Notes: generated by a model not told the origin, from the letters alone. Numbered from the stretch's first letter, positions 49,257 through 58,902 are shown. The stretch: 64,000 nucleotides of DNA from an uncultured bacterium (GCA_937864235.1 CALMJI010000014.1:5769-69768); one strand, 5' to 3'. A program made the numbers and translations.

Positions 49257-51581
49257 ATGAATAATACAGTCAAAAATTTGAAAAGTTTAATCAAAAGCAC
49301 TTTGAAGGGTGATGAGAGATTATGGTTTGTCAATCAAGATAATGAACAGGAATTCAATCAAACTTTGCTTTTGGATTTGGTAGAAAAAGTAGATAATAAA
49401 ATTATTAGTCTATTATTACAAGAGGAAGTATTAAGAGAGAAGTTTTTTGTCAAAATTGTTCCACCCCGTCCAGCAAAGCTGTCCACCCCTCAAGAGGGGA
49501 ATTTTTCCTATGTCTTCAAAACTAATGAATTTAGATTCTTTATGGAGGAGAACAAAGTAGATAATTCATATACTAGTTTCAAAAATCGCATCGGGCTTAC
49601 TGATGGTAAAAAATTCCTCAAAGATAGTGGCGATATTGTATTAGATTGGCCGTATAAAGACTGTGTGCTAGAAGGTGGGCAAAGTACGGAGGAAGGATCA
49701 GATATTTATTTTGAATATGACACTAAATCCACCCCGTCAGGCAAGCCTGCCACCCCTCAAGAGGGGAATTATATCAAGAAGCAAGGTAAGAGAAAAGAAA
49801 TATTTTTCAATCAAGTTCTAGCTCAAGATGAGATAGATAGATTGCTAGATCCAAAGGCTTTGGTTAATTGGAAAAGATTTGATAAAAATGGTAAAACTCC
49901 CCTCTTGAGTGGTGGCGACGAAGTCGACGGGGTGGATGCTCTCAAAAGAAATGAAGACGGCACTATTGCTGAGAATTTGATTATAAAAGGCAATAATCTC
50001 TTAGCTCTACACTCTCTCAAAAAACAATTCCGAGGCAAAGTCAAGCTGATTTATATTGACCCACCTTATAATACTGGTAATGATGGCTTCAAATATAATG
50101 ATAACTTCAATCACTCCACTTGGCTGACTTTTATGAAAAATAGATTGGAAGTGGCAAGAGAGCTATTGCGGGAGGATGGGGTGATCTTTGTGCAATGTGA
50201 TGATAATGAGCAAGCATATTTGAAGGTTTTAATGGATGAGGTGTTTGGGAATAATTTTTTGAATACTATATCTGTAAAAGCAAAAGTTAGTGCAGGAGCA
50301 AGCGGAGGAGGTGAGGATAAAAGACTTAAAAAGAATATAGAGTATATACATTGTTACTTTAAGAAAGATTTTATTGTTTTTAACGATTTATACAAAGAAA
50401 CAGAAATAGTTTCATATATACAACAGATGAAAAATGAAGGGAAAAGTTTTAAATATACTCAGGTTTTAATTTCTACTGGTGAAAAAGAAATATTAAGAGT
50501 TATTAAAGATGGTTCTGGAGAAGATATTACAATCTATAAACACTCAGGAGTTGTAATTAAAACAATCTCTCAATTAATAAAAGAAGAGAATCTTTCTGTA
50601 AAGGAGGTATATAAAAAATATTTCAATAAAATTTTCACAACAACGAATGCACAAAGTTCAATTCGCCAAAGAGTTTGGGATGCAACTGGTAAAAACAATG
50701 ATTTTTTTAGTATTGAATATATTCCAAAATCAGGAAGAAATAAAGATAAATTAACCACACAATTTTATACAGGAAATAAAAAGGTTCTTCTAATATGGTT
50801 TAGCGATACAGCTATAATTGATAGTAAAGGAAATGTAATTAAAAAAGAAAAATACGGTACATTTTGGGATGGAATTGACTATAATAACTTAAATAAAGAG
50901 GGCGATAATATTTTTTCTTCTGGTAAAAAACCAGAAAAACTTATTCAAAGGATAGTTGAAATGAGTACAGAAAAAGGCGACATTGTGCTTGACTATCATC
51001 TTGGCTCTGGGACTACTTGTGCAGTGGCTCATAAAATGGGTCGGCAGTATATTGGAATTGAGCAAATGGATTATATTGAGACTATCGCTGTGGAGAGGTT
51101 AAAGAAAGTAATTAGGCAATCCACCTCCCCCGCTAAAGCGGGTACTCCTCAAGATGAGAATATTCCCCTCGTTGAGGGGTGGACTGCGAAGCAGGACGGG
51201 GTGGATTCTTTTGACACAGGAGGAATATCCAAAGCTATAAATTGGCAAGGTGGTGGCGATTTTATCTATTTTGAACTAGCTAAATGGAATCAGCAGGCTA
51301 AAGAAATAATTCAAGCAGCTGAGAGTTTGGAGGAGATGATTGGATGTTTGGATGAATTATCTGATAAATATTTCCTCAATTATAATCTCAAAATGCAAGA
51401 ATTTCGAGAAAAGGTAATCTTGGAGGCTGAGTTCCAAACTTTATCTCTAGAGAGCCAAAAAGCTATATTTATGGCTATGCTGGATAATAATCAGATGTAT
51501 GTCAATAAAAGTGAAATGGCTGATGAGAAATTTGGTATTAGTGAAGAGGAGCAGAAATTGACAGAGGAGTTCTATAAGTAA
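49257..51581 (+). CDS. mod: Type III restriction-modification methyltransferase (Mod) with in-frame palindromic insertions
   Basis: NLIIKGNNL, IYIDPPYN (motif IV), KKPEKL, DYHLGSGTT (motif I), GGISKA.NWQGGG. Confidence 0.93.
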   Translation: MNNTVKNLKSLIKSTLKGDERLWFVNQDNEQEFNQTLLLDLVEKVDNKIISLLLQEEVLREKFFVKIVPPRPAKLSTPQEGNFSYVFKTNEFRFFMEENKVDNSYTSFKNRIGLTDGKKFLKDSGDIVLDWPYKDCVLEGGQSTEEGSDIYFEYDTKSTPSGKPATPQEGNYIKKQGKRKEIFFNQVLAQDEIDRLLDPKALVNWKRFDKNGKTPLLSGGDEVDGVDALKRNEDGTIAENLIIKGNNLLALHSLKKQFRGKVKLIYIDPPYNTGNDGFKYNDNFNHSTWLTFMKNRLEVARELLREDGVIFVQCDDNEQAYLKVLMDEVFGNNFLNTISVKAKVSAGASGGGEDKRLKKNIEYIHCYFKKDFIVFNDLYKETEIVSYIQQMKNEGKSFKYTQVLISTGEKEILRVIKDGSGEDITIYKHSGVVIKTISQLIKEENLSVKEVYKKYFNKIFTTTNAQSSIRQRVWDATGKNNDFFSIEYIPKSGRNKDKLTTQFYTGNKKVLLIWFSDTAIIDSKGNVIKKEKYGTFWDGIDYNNLNKEGDNIFSSGKKPEKLIQRIVEMSTEKGDIVLDYHLGSGTTCAVAHKMGRQYIGIEQMDYIETIAVERLKKVIRQSTSPAKAGTPQDENIPLVEGWTAKQDGVDSFDTGGISKAINWQGGGDFIYFELAKWNQQAKEIIQAAESLEEMIGCLDELSDKYFLNYNLKMQEFREKVILEAEFQTLSLESQKAIFMAMLDNNQMYVNKSEMADEKFGISEEEQKLTEEFYK
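49460..49504 (+). repeat. Palindromic module in-frame in mod (copy 1, PPRPAKLSTPQEGN)
   Basis: 49462-49504 is identical to the reverse complement of intergenic 62249-62291. Confidence 0.92.
49728..49770 (+). repeat. Palindromic module in-frame in mod (copy 2, STPSGKPATPQEGN)
   Basis: First 33 nt identical to intergenic 28854-28886. Confidence 0.92.
49896..49937 (-). repeat. Palindromic module in-frame in mod (copy 3, reversed, TPLLSGGDEVDGVD)
   Basis: actcccctcttgagtggtggcgacgaagtcgacggggtggat. Confidence 0.88.
51119..51206. repeat. Inverted doublet of the module in-frame in mod (copies 4 and 5)
   Basis: atccacctcccccgctaaagcgggtactcctcaagatgagaat + attcccctcgttgaggggtggactgcgaagcaggacggggtggat. 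Confidence 0.88.
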
Positions 51582-51590
51582 TTATGAATT

Positions 51591-52628
51591 ATGAAAAAAG
51601 AGAAAAAACAATTATCTCAAATCATACAATCAAGTACAGCTCAGTATTTGACTTTTGTGTCGGCCAATGGTGATGATTCGTCTAGTATAGAAGTAAGATA
51701 TGAGGATGAGAATATTTGGATGACTCAAAAAATGCTGGCGGAACTGTATGATGTATCTGTGTCGGCCATCAATCAGCATATTAAGAAATTAACAGAAGAT
51801 AATGAGATAAACGATTCAGTTATTAAGCAATACTTAATAACTGCTAGTGATGGTAAGAAATATAATACGGCTCACTACAATCTTCAAACAATTATTTCTA
51901 TTGGATTTAAAATAGAAAATGAAAGAGCGGTACAATTTCGTAAATGGGCAAGAGAAATAGTAAAAGAGTATACTATTAAGGGTTTTGTAATGGATGATGA
52001 GAGGCTCAAAAATGGAGGTACCACTTTAACTAAAGAGTTTTTTGAACAACTTCTTGAAAGAATTAGAGAAATAAGGCTATCGGAGAGAAAGTTTTATCAA
52101 AAAATTACTGATATTTATGCAACAGCGATTGATTATGATTCTAGTGCAGAGACGACAAAAAAGTTTTTTGCTATGGTACAAAACAAGCTTCACTGGGCAA
52201 TTCATGGACAAACAGCCTCTGAATTGATCTATACTCGGGCAAATTCAGAAAAAGAAAATATGGGGCTTACTTCTTGGAAAGATGCACCAAAAGGGAAAAT
52301 TCAAAAATTTGATGTGAGTATTGCCAAAAATTATCTTACTGACAAAGAACTTGCAAGTTTACAAAGAATAGTATCGGCATATCTGGATATCGCAGAAGAT
52401 ATGGCAGAGAGAAATATCCCAATGACAATGCAAGATTGGGCAAAAAGACTCAATACCTTTATAGAGGCAGCAGATAGAAAAGTGCTTCAAGATGCTGGGA
52501 AGATTACCGCACAAATAGCAAAGGACTTTGCAGAAAGTGAATTTGAAAAATATAGAATTGTGCAAGATAGATTGTTTGAATCAGATTTTGACCGTGAGAT
52601 AAAAAAACTTTTAGAAAACAATTTATAA
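51591..52628 (+). CDS. RhuM-family protein
   Basis: ENIWMTQKMLAELY, YNLQ.IISIG, FRKWA, GFVMDDERLK, IREIRLSERKFYQKITDIYA. Confidence 0.9.
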   Translation: MKKEKKQLSQIIQSSTAQYLTFVSANGDDSSSIEVRYEDENIWMTQKMLAELYDVSVSAINQHIKKLTEDNEINDSVIKQYLITASDGKKYNTAHYNLQTIISIGFKIENERAVQFRKWAREIVKEYTIKGFVMDDERLKNGGTTLTKEFFEQLLERIREIRLSERKFYQKITDIYATAIDYDSSAETTKKFFAMVQNKLHWAIHGQTASELIYTRANSEKENMGLTSWKDAPKGKIQKFDVSIAKNYLTDKELASLQRIVSAYLDIAEDMAERNIPMTMQDWAKRLNTFIEAADRKVLQDAGKITAQIAKDFAESEFEKYRIVQDRLFESDFDREIKKLLENNL

Positions 52629-52631
52629 TAT

Positions 52632-53474
52632 ATGAAAACACAATTAATTCACCAACTTACGGCCAATTTCGAAGATTTATCACATCAGACAAATTATGGA
52701 GTAGAGTTTTGGTTGGCAAGAGACTTACAACATCTTTTGGGCTATGATAAATGGGATAATTTTAAGAATATTATTAGTAAAGCAAAAACAGCTTGTGAAA
52801 TTTCTGGGCAGAAAGTTACAGACCATTTTGCCGACGTCGGGAAAATGGTCTCTATAGGTTCAGGTGCTGAAAAAGAAATAGAAGACTTAATGTTAACTCG
52901 CTATGCTTGTTATCTCATTGCTCAAAATGGAGACTCAAGAAAACAGGAAATTGCCTTTGCTCAGACTTATTTTGCAGTACAAACCAGAAAAGCTGAAATT
53001 ATAGAACAAAAAATCCTTGAATATGAAAGAGTTCAGGCTAGAAATAAACTTGCAGAAACTGAAAAAGAGCTATCTCAAGTAATATTTGAACAAACAGGAA
53101 GTGATCAAAACTTTGCACTAATTAGAAGTAAAGGTGATCAAGCTTTATTTAATCAAACTACTCAACAAATGAAGGGTAAATGGGGAATTAAGAATAAGCC
53201 TCTTGCTGATTTTATGCCAACCATATTACTGAAAGCTAAAGATTTTGCTACTGAAATTACTATTTTTAATGCCAAAGAAAAAAAGATGCAAACAGAGCAT
53301 CAAATTTCAAATGAGCATATTACTAACAATAAATCTGTGAGACATACTCTTATTACTCGTGGTATTACTCCAGAAAATTTACCACCTGAAGAAGATGTCA
53401 AAAAAATTGCCAGAAAACTAAAAAAAGAGGAGAAAAAAACTATTAAAACAGATGATACCTTTGGTAATTCATAA
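52632..53474 (+). CDS. dinD: DNA damage-inducible protein D (BRO-N family)
   Basis: EFWLARDLQ.LLGY, LTRYACYLIAQNGD.RK..IAFAQTYFAVQTRK, LADF. Confidence 0.9.
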   Translation: MKTQLIHQLTANFEDLSHQTNYGVEFWLARDLQHLLGYDKWDNFKNIISKAKTACEISGQKVTDHFADVGKMVSIGSGAEKEIEDLMLTRYACYLIAQNGDSRKQEIAFAQTYFAVQTRKAEIIEQKILEYERVQARNKLAETEKELSQVIFEQTGSDQNFALIRSKGDQALFNQTTQQMKGKWGIKNKPLADFMPTILLKAKDFATEITIFNAKEKKMQTEHQISNEHITNNKSVRHTLITRGITPENLPPEEDVKKIARKLKKEEKKTIKTDDTFGNS

Positions 53475-53489
53475 CTTATAATTAACACT

Positions 53490-56261
53490 ATGTCAGAGAT
53501 CAAAAATCTATATGAAATCATCGGAGAAAAGGCTTATAGGCTAAGATTGCCTTATCCTGAAATTCCAGATTATATTACTGATAATCTGAAATATAGTTTT
53601 TTTGATTGGCAAAAGTCGGCTTTTGAGAATTTTTTGACTTATCAGGCGATTAAGGACATTGAAACTCCTAATGAGCCGACTCATCTGATGTTTAATATGG
53701 CCACAGGTACTGGTAAAACTATGCTGATGGCAGCTACTATTTTGTATTATTATAAGCAGGGGTATCGGCATTTTTTGTTTTTTGTGAATCAAAATAATAT
53801 TGTAGATAAGACGGAGAATAATTTTATAGATAATGCTCATAATAAGTATTTGTTTCAGGATAAAATTGTTATTGACAGAGAAACGGTGGAATTAAAGAAA
53901 GTTGAGGTGTTTAGTGATAATCCGACTGGAATTGAGATTAAGTTTACTTCGATTCAAAAATTGTATAATGATATTCATTTGCAAAAAGAGAATCAGACTA
54001 CCTTGGATGATTTGATGTCTCGTGATTTGGTGATGTTGGCAGATGAGGCTCATCATTTTAACACTGATACCAAAAAAGCTAAATTGCAGACTAATTTGAT
54101 TGAGGCGGAATTAAATAATAAATCTAGTGAAAATTTGATTGAAAAGTTGGGTTGGGAGCATACGGTTATAGAGTTGATTTTGAAAAGAAATAATTCACAA
54201 GATCATCTGCGGGCGAATAAAAATGTGCTTTTGGAATTCACGGCGACTATTCCAGCTACGGCGAGTGTGGCTAAAAAATATGAGGATAAAATCATTTATA
54301 AATTTGGCTTAAAGGAGTTTTTACAAGCAGGTTATACTAAGCAAATTAATCTTATTTCGTCGAATTTGGAGAAAAAGGATAGAATTTTGCAGGCTTTGCT
54401 TTTCCATTGGTATCGGCATAAAGTAGCTCTAGATGCTGGTATTCCTAATTTTAAGCCAGTGATTTTGTTTAGAAGCAAGACTATTGAGGAGTCTAAACAG
54501 GATTATGAGGAATTTGTGGATATGGTATCTAATTTGTCTTTGGAGGATTTGAAATTCTTGGATTATATTTTGGAGAATTTTAAGTTTGCTAATCATAGTC
54601 TGTATGAGCAAGGTAAGAATAGAACGGAGCAATTGGTGGATTATATACAGGTGAATAAAATTAGCCGTAGTGAGATTATAGATTTTATTAAGCATAATTT
54701 TCAAGAGAAAAATATAATTATTACTAATTCCAAAAGTAATAAAACCAAAAAAGAGAAAACTGATGCTGAGGTGGAGCGATTATTGAATAATCTAGAGGAT
54801 AAGAATAATCATATTCGGGCTATTTTTACGGTGGAGCGATTGACTGAAGGTTGGGATGTCTTGAATTTGTATGATATTGTCCGGCTGTATGAAGGGCAAA
54901 ATACGGGTGGCTCAAACTTTAAATCTAATAAAACTCCAGAGTCAACTACAAAGGAAAAACAGCTGATTGGGCGAGGGGTGAGATATTATCCTTTTGATTA
55001 CCCAGAAAAGGATAGGCATAAGCGAAAATTTGATAATGATACTCAAAAGCGAGAGCGAATTTTGGAGGAGCTATTCTTTTATAGTGTGAATGAAAGTAGA
55101 TATATTTCAGAGCTAAAAACCGAGTTAAAAAGGGAGGGGTTTATTGATGAGAATCGGAATATTAGAACTTTTGAATTAAAAGAAAATTTCAAAAAGACAG
55201 ATTTTTATAAGCAATTCAGAGTCTGGCAAAATAAAAAAATCCCTAATCCTAATCGGCGAAAAAACACTTTAGCTGACTTGAAGCAGGACAAGAATTATTT
55301 TATTGCTCCTTTTCAAGTGCAAAATTATAGTGTCAAAGAGTACGGAGTGGATTTTAATAACCCTGAAAAGGAAATTAGGCAGAATCAGATGGCAAATCCT
55401 AATGCTAATTATACGATTAAATTAACTAAAGTGGAGAGGCATATTTTTTATAAGGCGATTCATATTCTGGCTAAGCAAGAAAATTCTCTGTATAGATTCG
55501 ATAAATTGAGTCAGGAATTGGCTATCAATAGTATTGATGACTTGTTAAAACCAGAATTTTTGGGGGATATGGAGGTGGCTTTCAAGCTCCCAGCAAAGAT
55601 GAGTTATCTGGATTTGGATAATAAGCATAAATTGAATGCGGTGATTTTGTTTTTGGCAGATATTGAGAGTAGATTAACTGAGTCTATTAGTGAATATATA
55701 GGTAGTCGGGAGTTTTATCCTAAGAGTCTGGATAGTATTTTTGGAGCTCCTAAAGCTAAAGTTATTGATGAGCTAAATGAAAATACCGAATTTGCTGAGC
55801 AAAATGATTGGTATGTATTGAATAATTTTGTGGGCACAGATCAGGAGCGATATTTGGTGGAATTTATCAAAGACTCTATGTCGCAGTTGGAGCAGCAATA
55901 TAAAGAGATTTATCTTTTGCGAAACGAGGAGATTTATGGGATTTATGATTTTGATAAGGGTAGAACTTTTATGCCAGATTTCTTGCTGTTTTTGAAGACT
56001 AAAGATAAAAAGAGTGTCGGAGTGGCAAATACAGAATTATATTATCAGGTATTTATCGAGCCAAAAGGTGAGCAATTATTATCTTTGGATGCTTGGAAAA
56101 ATGATTTTCTGAATAAAATTCAAAAAGATTATGGTCCTGAGAATATTATTCAAGCTGAGAATCCTAATTATAGGTTAATTGGATTGCCTTTATTTAATCA
56201 ACAACTGAGTGCTGAATTTAGAGATAAATTTTCAAAATTAATGGAAACTAATAACAGCTAA
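53490..56261 (+). CDS. res: Type III restriction endonuclease (Res)
   Basis: MATGTGKT, DEAH, EGWDV.NLYDIVR, QLIGRGVR, C-terminal PD..EPK nuclease (FMPDF...FIEPKG). Confidence 0.92.
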   Translation: MSEIKNLYEIIGEKAYRLRLPYPEIPDYITDNLKYSFFDWQKSAFENFLTYQAIKDIETPNEPTHLMFNMATGTGKTMLMAATILYYYKQGYRHFLFFVNQNNIVDKTENNFIDNAHNKYLFQDKIVIDRETVELKKVEVFSDNPTGIEIKFTSIQKLYNDIHLQKENQTTLDDLMSRDLVMLADEAHHFNTDTKKAKLQTNLIEAELNNKSSENLIEKLGWEHTVIELILKRNNSQDHLRANKNVLLEFTATIPATASVAKKYEDKIIYKFGLKEFLQAGYTKQINLISSNLEKKDRILQALLFHWYRHKVALDAGIPNFKPVILFRSKTIEESKQDYEEFVDMVSNLSLEDLKFLDYILENFKFANHSLYEQGKNRTEQLVDYIQVNKISRSEIIDFIKHNFQEKNIIITNSKSNKTKKEKTDAEVERLLNNLEDKNNHIRAIFTVERLTEGWDVLNLYDIVRLYEGQNTGGSNFKSNKTPESTTKEKQLIGRGVRYYPFDYPEKDRHKRKFDNDTQKRERILEELFFYSVNESRYISELKTELKREGFIDENRNIRTFELKENFKKTDFYKQFRVWQNKKIPNPNRRKNTLADLKQDKNYFIAPFQVQNYSVKEYGVDFNNPEKEIRQNQMANPNANYTIKLTKVERHIFYKAIHILAKQENSLYRFDKLSQELAINSIDDLLKPEFLGDMEVAFKLPAKMSYLDLDNKHKLNAVILFLADIESRLTESISEYIGSREFYPKSLDSIFGAPKAKVIDELNENTEFAEQNDWYVLNNFVGTDQERYLVEFIKDSMSQLEQQYKEIYLLRNEEIYGIYDFDKGRTFMPDFLLFLKTKDKKSVGVANTELYYQVFIEPKGEQLLSLDAWKNDFLNKIQKDYGPENIIQAENPNYRLIGLPLFNQQLSAEFRDKFSKLMETNNS

Positions 56262-56264
56262 TTT

Positions 56265-57272
56265 ATGGCCTATATATTCACCCTTTTATTCTTAATCTCT
56301 TGTGTCTGTCTAGTGGTGGGTCTGATTAGGCCGAGGGTTTTTGCGGGATTATTCCAGGGTAAGTCTACCAGAAAGCAGATTGGGATTATGTTTGGGATGC
56401 TGATTTTTGTCTCATTTGTTTTGGTGGCTGCTAGTCCTCTTCCAGAGGGTTATGAAGAACAGTCTAATGAGCCAAAAGCAGAGGAAGTGGTAATTCCAGA
56501 GACTGAGGTTGCTAACTCTGAGCCAGAAGAGGTGAAACCTGAGGAAGTACAAGAGGAAAACACCCCTGTAGAGGCAAATTTGCCTGCTCCAGTGGCAGTT
56601 CAAGACAACACTAGTATTACAGAGGCAGAAGTAAAACCTGAGCCAAAAGAGGAGCAAAACCAGGTTAAGGATTTATTCCAAGTGACGGAGGTAGTGGATG
56701 GAGATACGATTAAAGTTAGTCTTCTTGGAACTTTACGGCTAATTGGGATAGACACTCCAGAGACTAGAGACCCAAGGAAGCCAGTGCAGTGTTTTGGAAG
56801 AGAAGCTAGTAATAAAGCAAAAGAATTATTGAGTGGTAGAAAAGTGTATTTGGAATATGATCCTGCTAACAAAAAAGATAAGTATGGGCGGACTTTGGCT
56901 TATGTCTATCGGGAAGATGGGTTGTTTTATAATGCTGAGATGATAAAACAGGGTTATGCCCACTCTTATGTACAATTCCCACATCCTAGATTAGATGAGT
57001 TTAATATTTATCAGCGAGAGGCTAGAGAAAATGAACGAGGCTTTTGGGCGACTAATACTTGTAATGGAGATACAACTAAGGCTGCTTCTGGATCAAAGCC
57101 TAAATCTACTACTCCCCTACCAATTAGTCCAGAATTCAATAAAGATGGATTTATAGCAGGAACTTGTGCTAGTCTCAAAAAATTGGGTTTGGGTAATTTT
57201 AGAGAGGGTGACCCGAATTATACTAAATCAAGGGACGGGGACGGAGATGGGGTCGCTTGTGAGATGAATTAA
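56265..57272 (+). CDS. Membrane-anchored thermonuclease (SNase) with C-terminal Excalibur motif
   Basis: VVDGDT, RLIGIDTPE, DKYGRTLAYV, RDGDGDGVACE. Confidence 0.92.
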   Translation: MAYIFTLLFLISCVCLVVGLIRPRVFAGLFQGKSTRKQIGIMFGMLIFVSFVLVAASPLPEGYEEQSNEPKAEEVVIPETEVANSEPEEVKPEEVQEENTPVEANLPAPVAVQDNTSITEAEVKPEPKEEQNQVKDLFQVTEVVDGDTIKVSLLGTLRLIGIDTPETRDPRKPVQCFGREASNKAKELLSGRKVYLEYDPANKKDKYGRTLAYVYREDGLFYNAEMIKQGYAHSYVQFPHPRLDEFNIYQREARENERGFWATNTCNGDTTKAASGSKPKSTTPLPISPEFNKDGFIAGTCASLKKLGLGNFREGDPNYTKSRDGDGDGVACEMN

Positions 57273-57328
57273 GAAAAAACCCCTACAAAATAGGGATTTG
57301 GGTTGTTATTGAGTTGTTGGATCGGGAC

Positions 57329-58033
57329 TCAGCCAACGAGTGCGGCTGCTGCCATTCGAGCTATTTCACGGTTTTCAAATCCGATATCCATCAGAGCTTC
57401 CTGATAGGAACTGAGGAAATCAGCCATCAGGTCTTCCTTGTCCATGTGAAGCGCTTTAGCATCCACAGCCACCTGGTCGAGCATTTTGCGAACCAAGGGC
57501 AGATTGTCCCGGTTAGCCTGCTTCAATTCCTCCCGACTGGCATTGAGATTGGCCTTCAGCCATTCCTGTCCGTAGTTGAGATGAGTGTATTCATCTTTGA
57601 CCACCCGTTCTGTGATCTTGCGGGCAAATGGATCGGCCACTGGGATATAAATGTGGTAGGCGGAAATCGCAAAGGCTTCGATCAAGATTGCCTGAATCAA
57701 CATGCAGGTCACCACTTTGCCATCAGTGATGGCCTTCTGAAAATTGCCATGCAATGGAGCGAAGAACTCCTTTGCAAACGGCATATCTGCTGTCACACCG
57801 AGGTTGTTGGCACAGGCGGTGAAACCTTTCATATGCTTGAGCTCCATGCGGGCCAGCTTGACAAGCTCCTCCACCTGGTCTGGCATCAGGGTGCCAATAG
57901 CGATGTAGTTGTCATGAGCCTCCTGTTCACCCTTGATTACGATGGCATTGATGCGACTGTAGGCATCTTTGTAGGTGTCACTTGTGAAGTCTGGGAGATC
58001 AGATTGTTCACCGGTAATTGATACTGCTGTCAA
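57329..58033 (-). CDS. ado: Cyanobacterial aldehyde-deformylating oxygenase (alkane-forming), foreign
   Basis: LPDFTSD.YKDAYSRINAIVI.GEQEAHDNY, MELKH, LIEAFAISAYH.YIPVADPFARKITE.VVKDEYTHLNYG; ~50% GC estimated from sampled lines; TTG start. Confidence 0.93.
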   Translation of the reverse strand: MTAVSITGEQSDLPDFTSDTYKDAYSRINAIVIKGEQEAHDNYIAIGTLMPDQVEELVKLARMELKHMKGFTACANNLGVTADMPFAKEFFAPLHGNFQKAITDGKVVTCMLIQAILIEAFAISAYHIYIPVADPFARKITERVVKDEYTHLNYGQEWLKANLNASREELKQANRDNLPLVRKMLDQVAVDAKALHMDKEDLMADFLSSYQEALMDIGFENREIARMAAAALVG

Positions 58034-58127
58034 GGTGCTAGCTGGGAGTTTAACCCAGGCTATAGGACATTTTTATACTATACCTTTTTGATAGTTTTGT
58101 ATATAGTATAAAATAAAAGGAGGGTTT

Positions 58128-58235
58128 TTATACCCTCATATGAATAAATAGCATTTTGATAAAAATTGTAAGTGCGTAAAATGAAAGAATTACAGCGGCG
58201 GTGGCAGATAAGAATCTTATAAGTCTAAAGTCCAT
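58128..58235 (-). CDS. 35-aa hydrophobic peptide (not in ORF track)
   Basis: MDFRLIRFLSATAAVILSFYALTIFIKMLFIHMRV; stop lies inside a gagggt/accctc hairpin followed by a T-tract. Confidence 0.45.
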   Translation of the reverse strand: MDFRLIRFLSATAAVILSFYALTIFIKMLFIHMRV

Positions 58236-58352
58236 ATATCAAAACTTCATAGGTCAATTCTAAACCAGCATTTTTTATAAGATAATTCAAGATTGGGTGA
58301 ATTTAAAATATGTGGAGATGGATATCCACCTCAGAATGGTAACATAATATAA

Positions 58353-58493
58353 GTCCTCCTCCGTCACCTACGGTGCCACCCACCTCCTAAATAAATATAG
58401 GAGGGACTTAAAGCTCCCCCAAGGGAGGACAGTAATTTTGTCCCTCGCCAGCGAGGGACAAAATACAACAGGCGACTGAAAGGTCGCCCATAC
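58353..58493. repeat. Composite palindromic repeat
   Basis: 58353-58432 is nearly the reverse complement of 48526-48606; followed by tgtccctcgccagcgagggaca and aggcgactgaaaggtcgccc. Confidence 0.85.
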
Positions 58494-58499
58494 AAAAAA

Positions 58500-58820
58500 C
58501 TACTCCGCCTCTGACTCCTCTCCTCCACCAATAGTGAAAGCTGAGATTAGCTGTTCCCGAACGGCCTCAATATTAGCTTGGATAATTTCTGAGACTATAT
58601 TACTAGCTTCTTGTTGTCCTTGTTCTATTCCTTCTTGAACAATTTTCTCCCCTTCAGCTACGATTGGTTGGGATATTTCGGCTACTGGTTGAGTTACGGT
58701 AGCTAGATTTGGTTTTATAAAAGTATTAAATACAATTACACCTCCAACAATTGAGAGTATTAGAAAGACTCCAATTCCAGCAATGATGAAAGTGAAGATT
58801 TTAGGCATCATTTTAGGCAT
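58500..58820 (-). CDS. Small membrane-anchored protein
   Basis: N-terminal TM followed by a helical acidic tail. Confidence 0.65.
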   Translation of the reverse strand: MPKMMPKIFTFIIAGIGVFLILSIVGGVIVFNTFIKPNLATVTQPVAEISQPIVAEGEKIVQEGIEQGQQEASNIVSEIIQANIEAVREQLISAFTIGGGEESEAE

Positions 58821-58902
58821 AATATTATTGTTTATTGATACCTTTTTATTATAATATAGATTATTTATTTAGAAAAGAGTATAATAATGGTATAAATTTA
58901 GA

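Noticed and set aside
49257..51581. Simple-sequence-repeat phase variation in mod
   Set aside because: No long homopolymer or short tandem tract was seen.
727..56872. Many short (60-100 aa) ORFs overlapping established genes
   Set aside because: Antisense or alternate-frame ORFs without motifs.
57314..58021. 235-aa plus-strand ORF
   Set aside because: Antisense shadow of ado; no recognisable motif.
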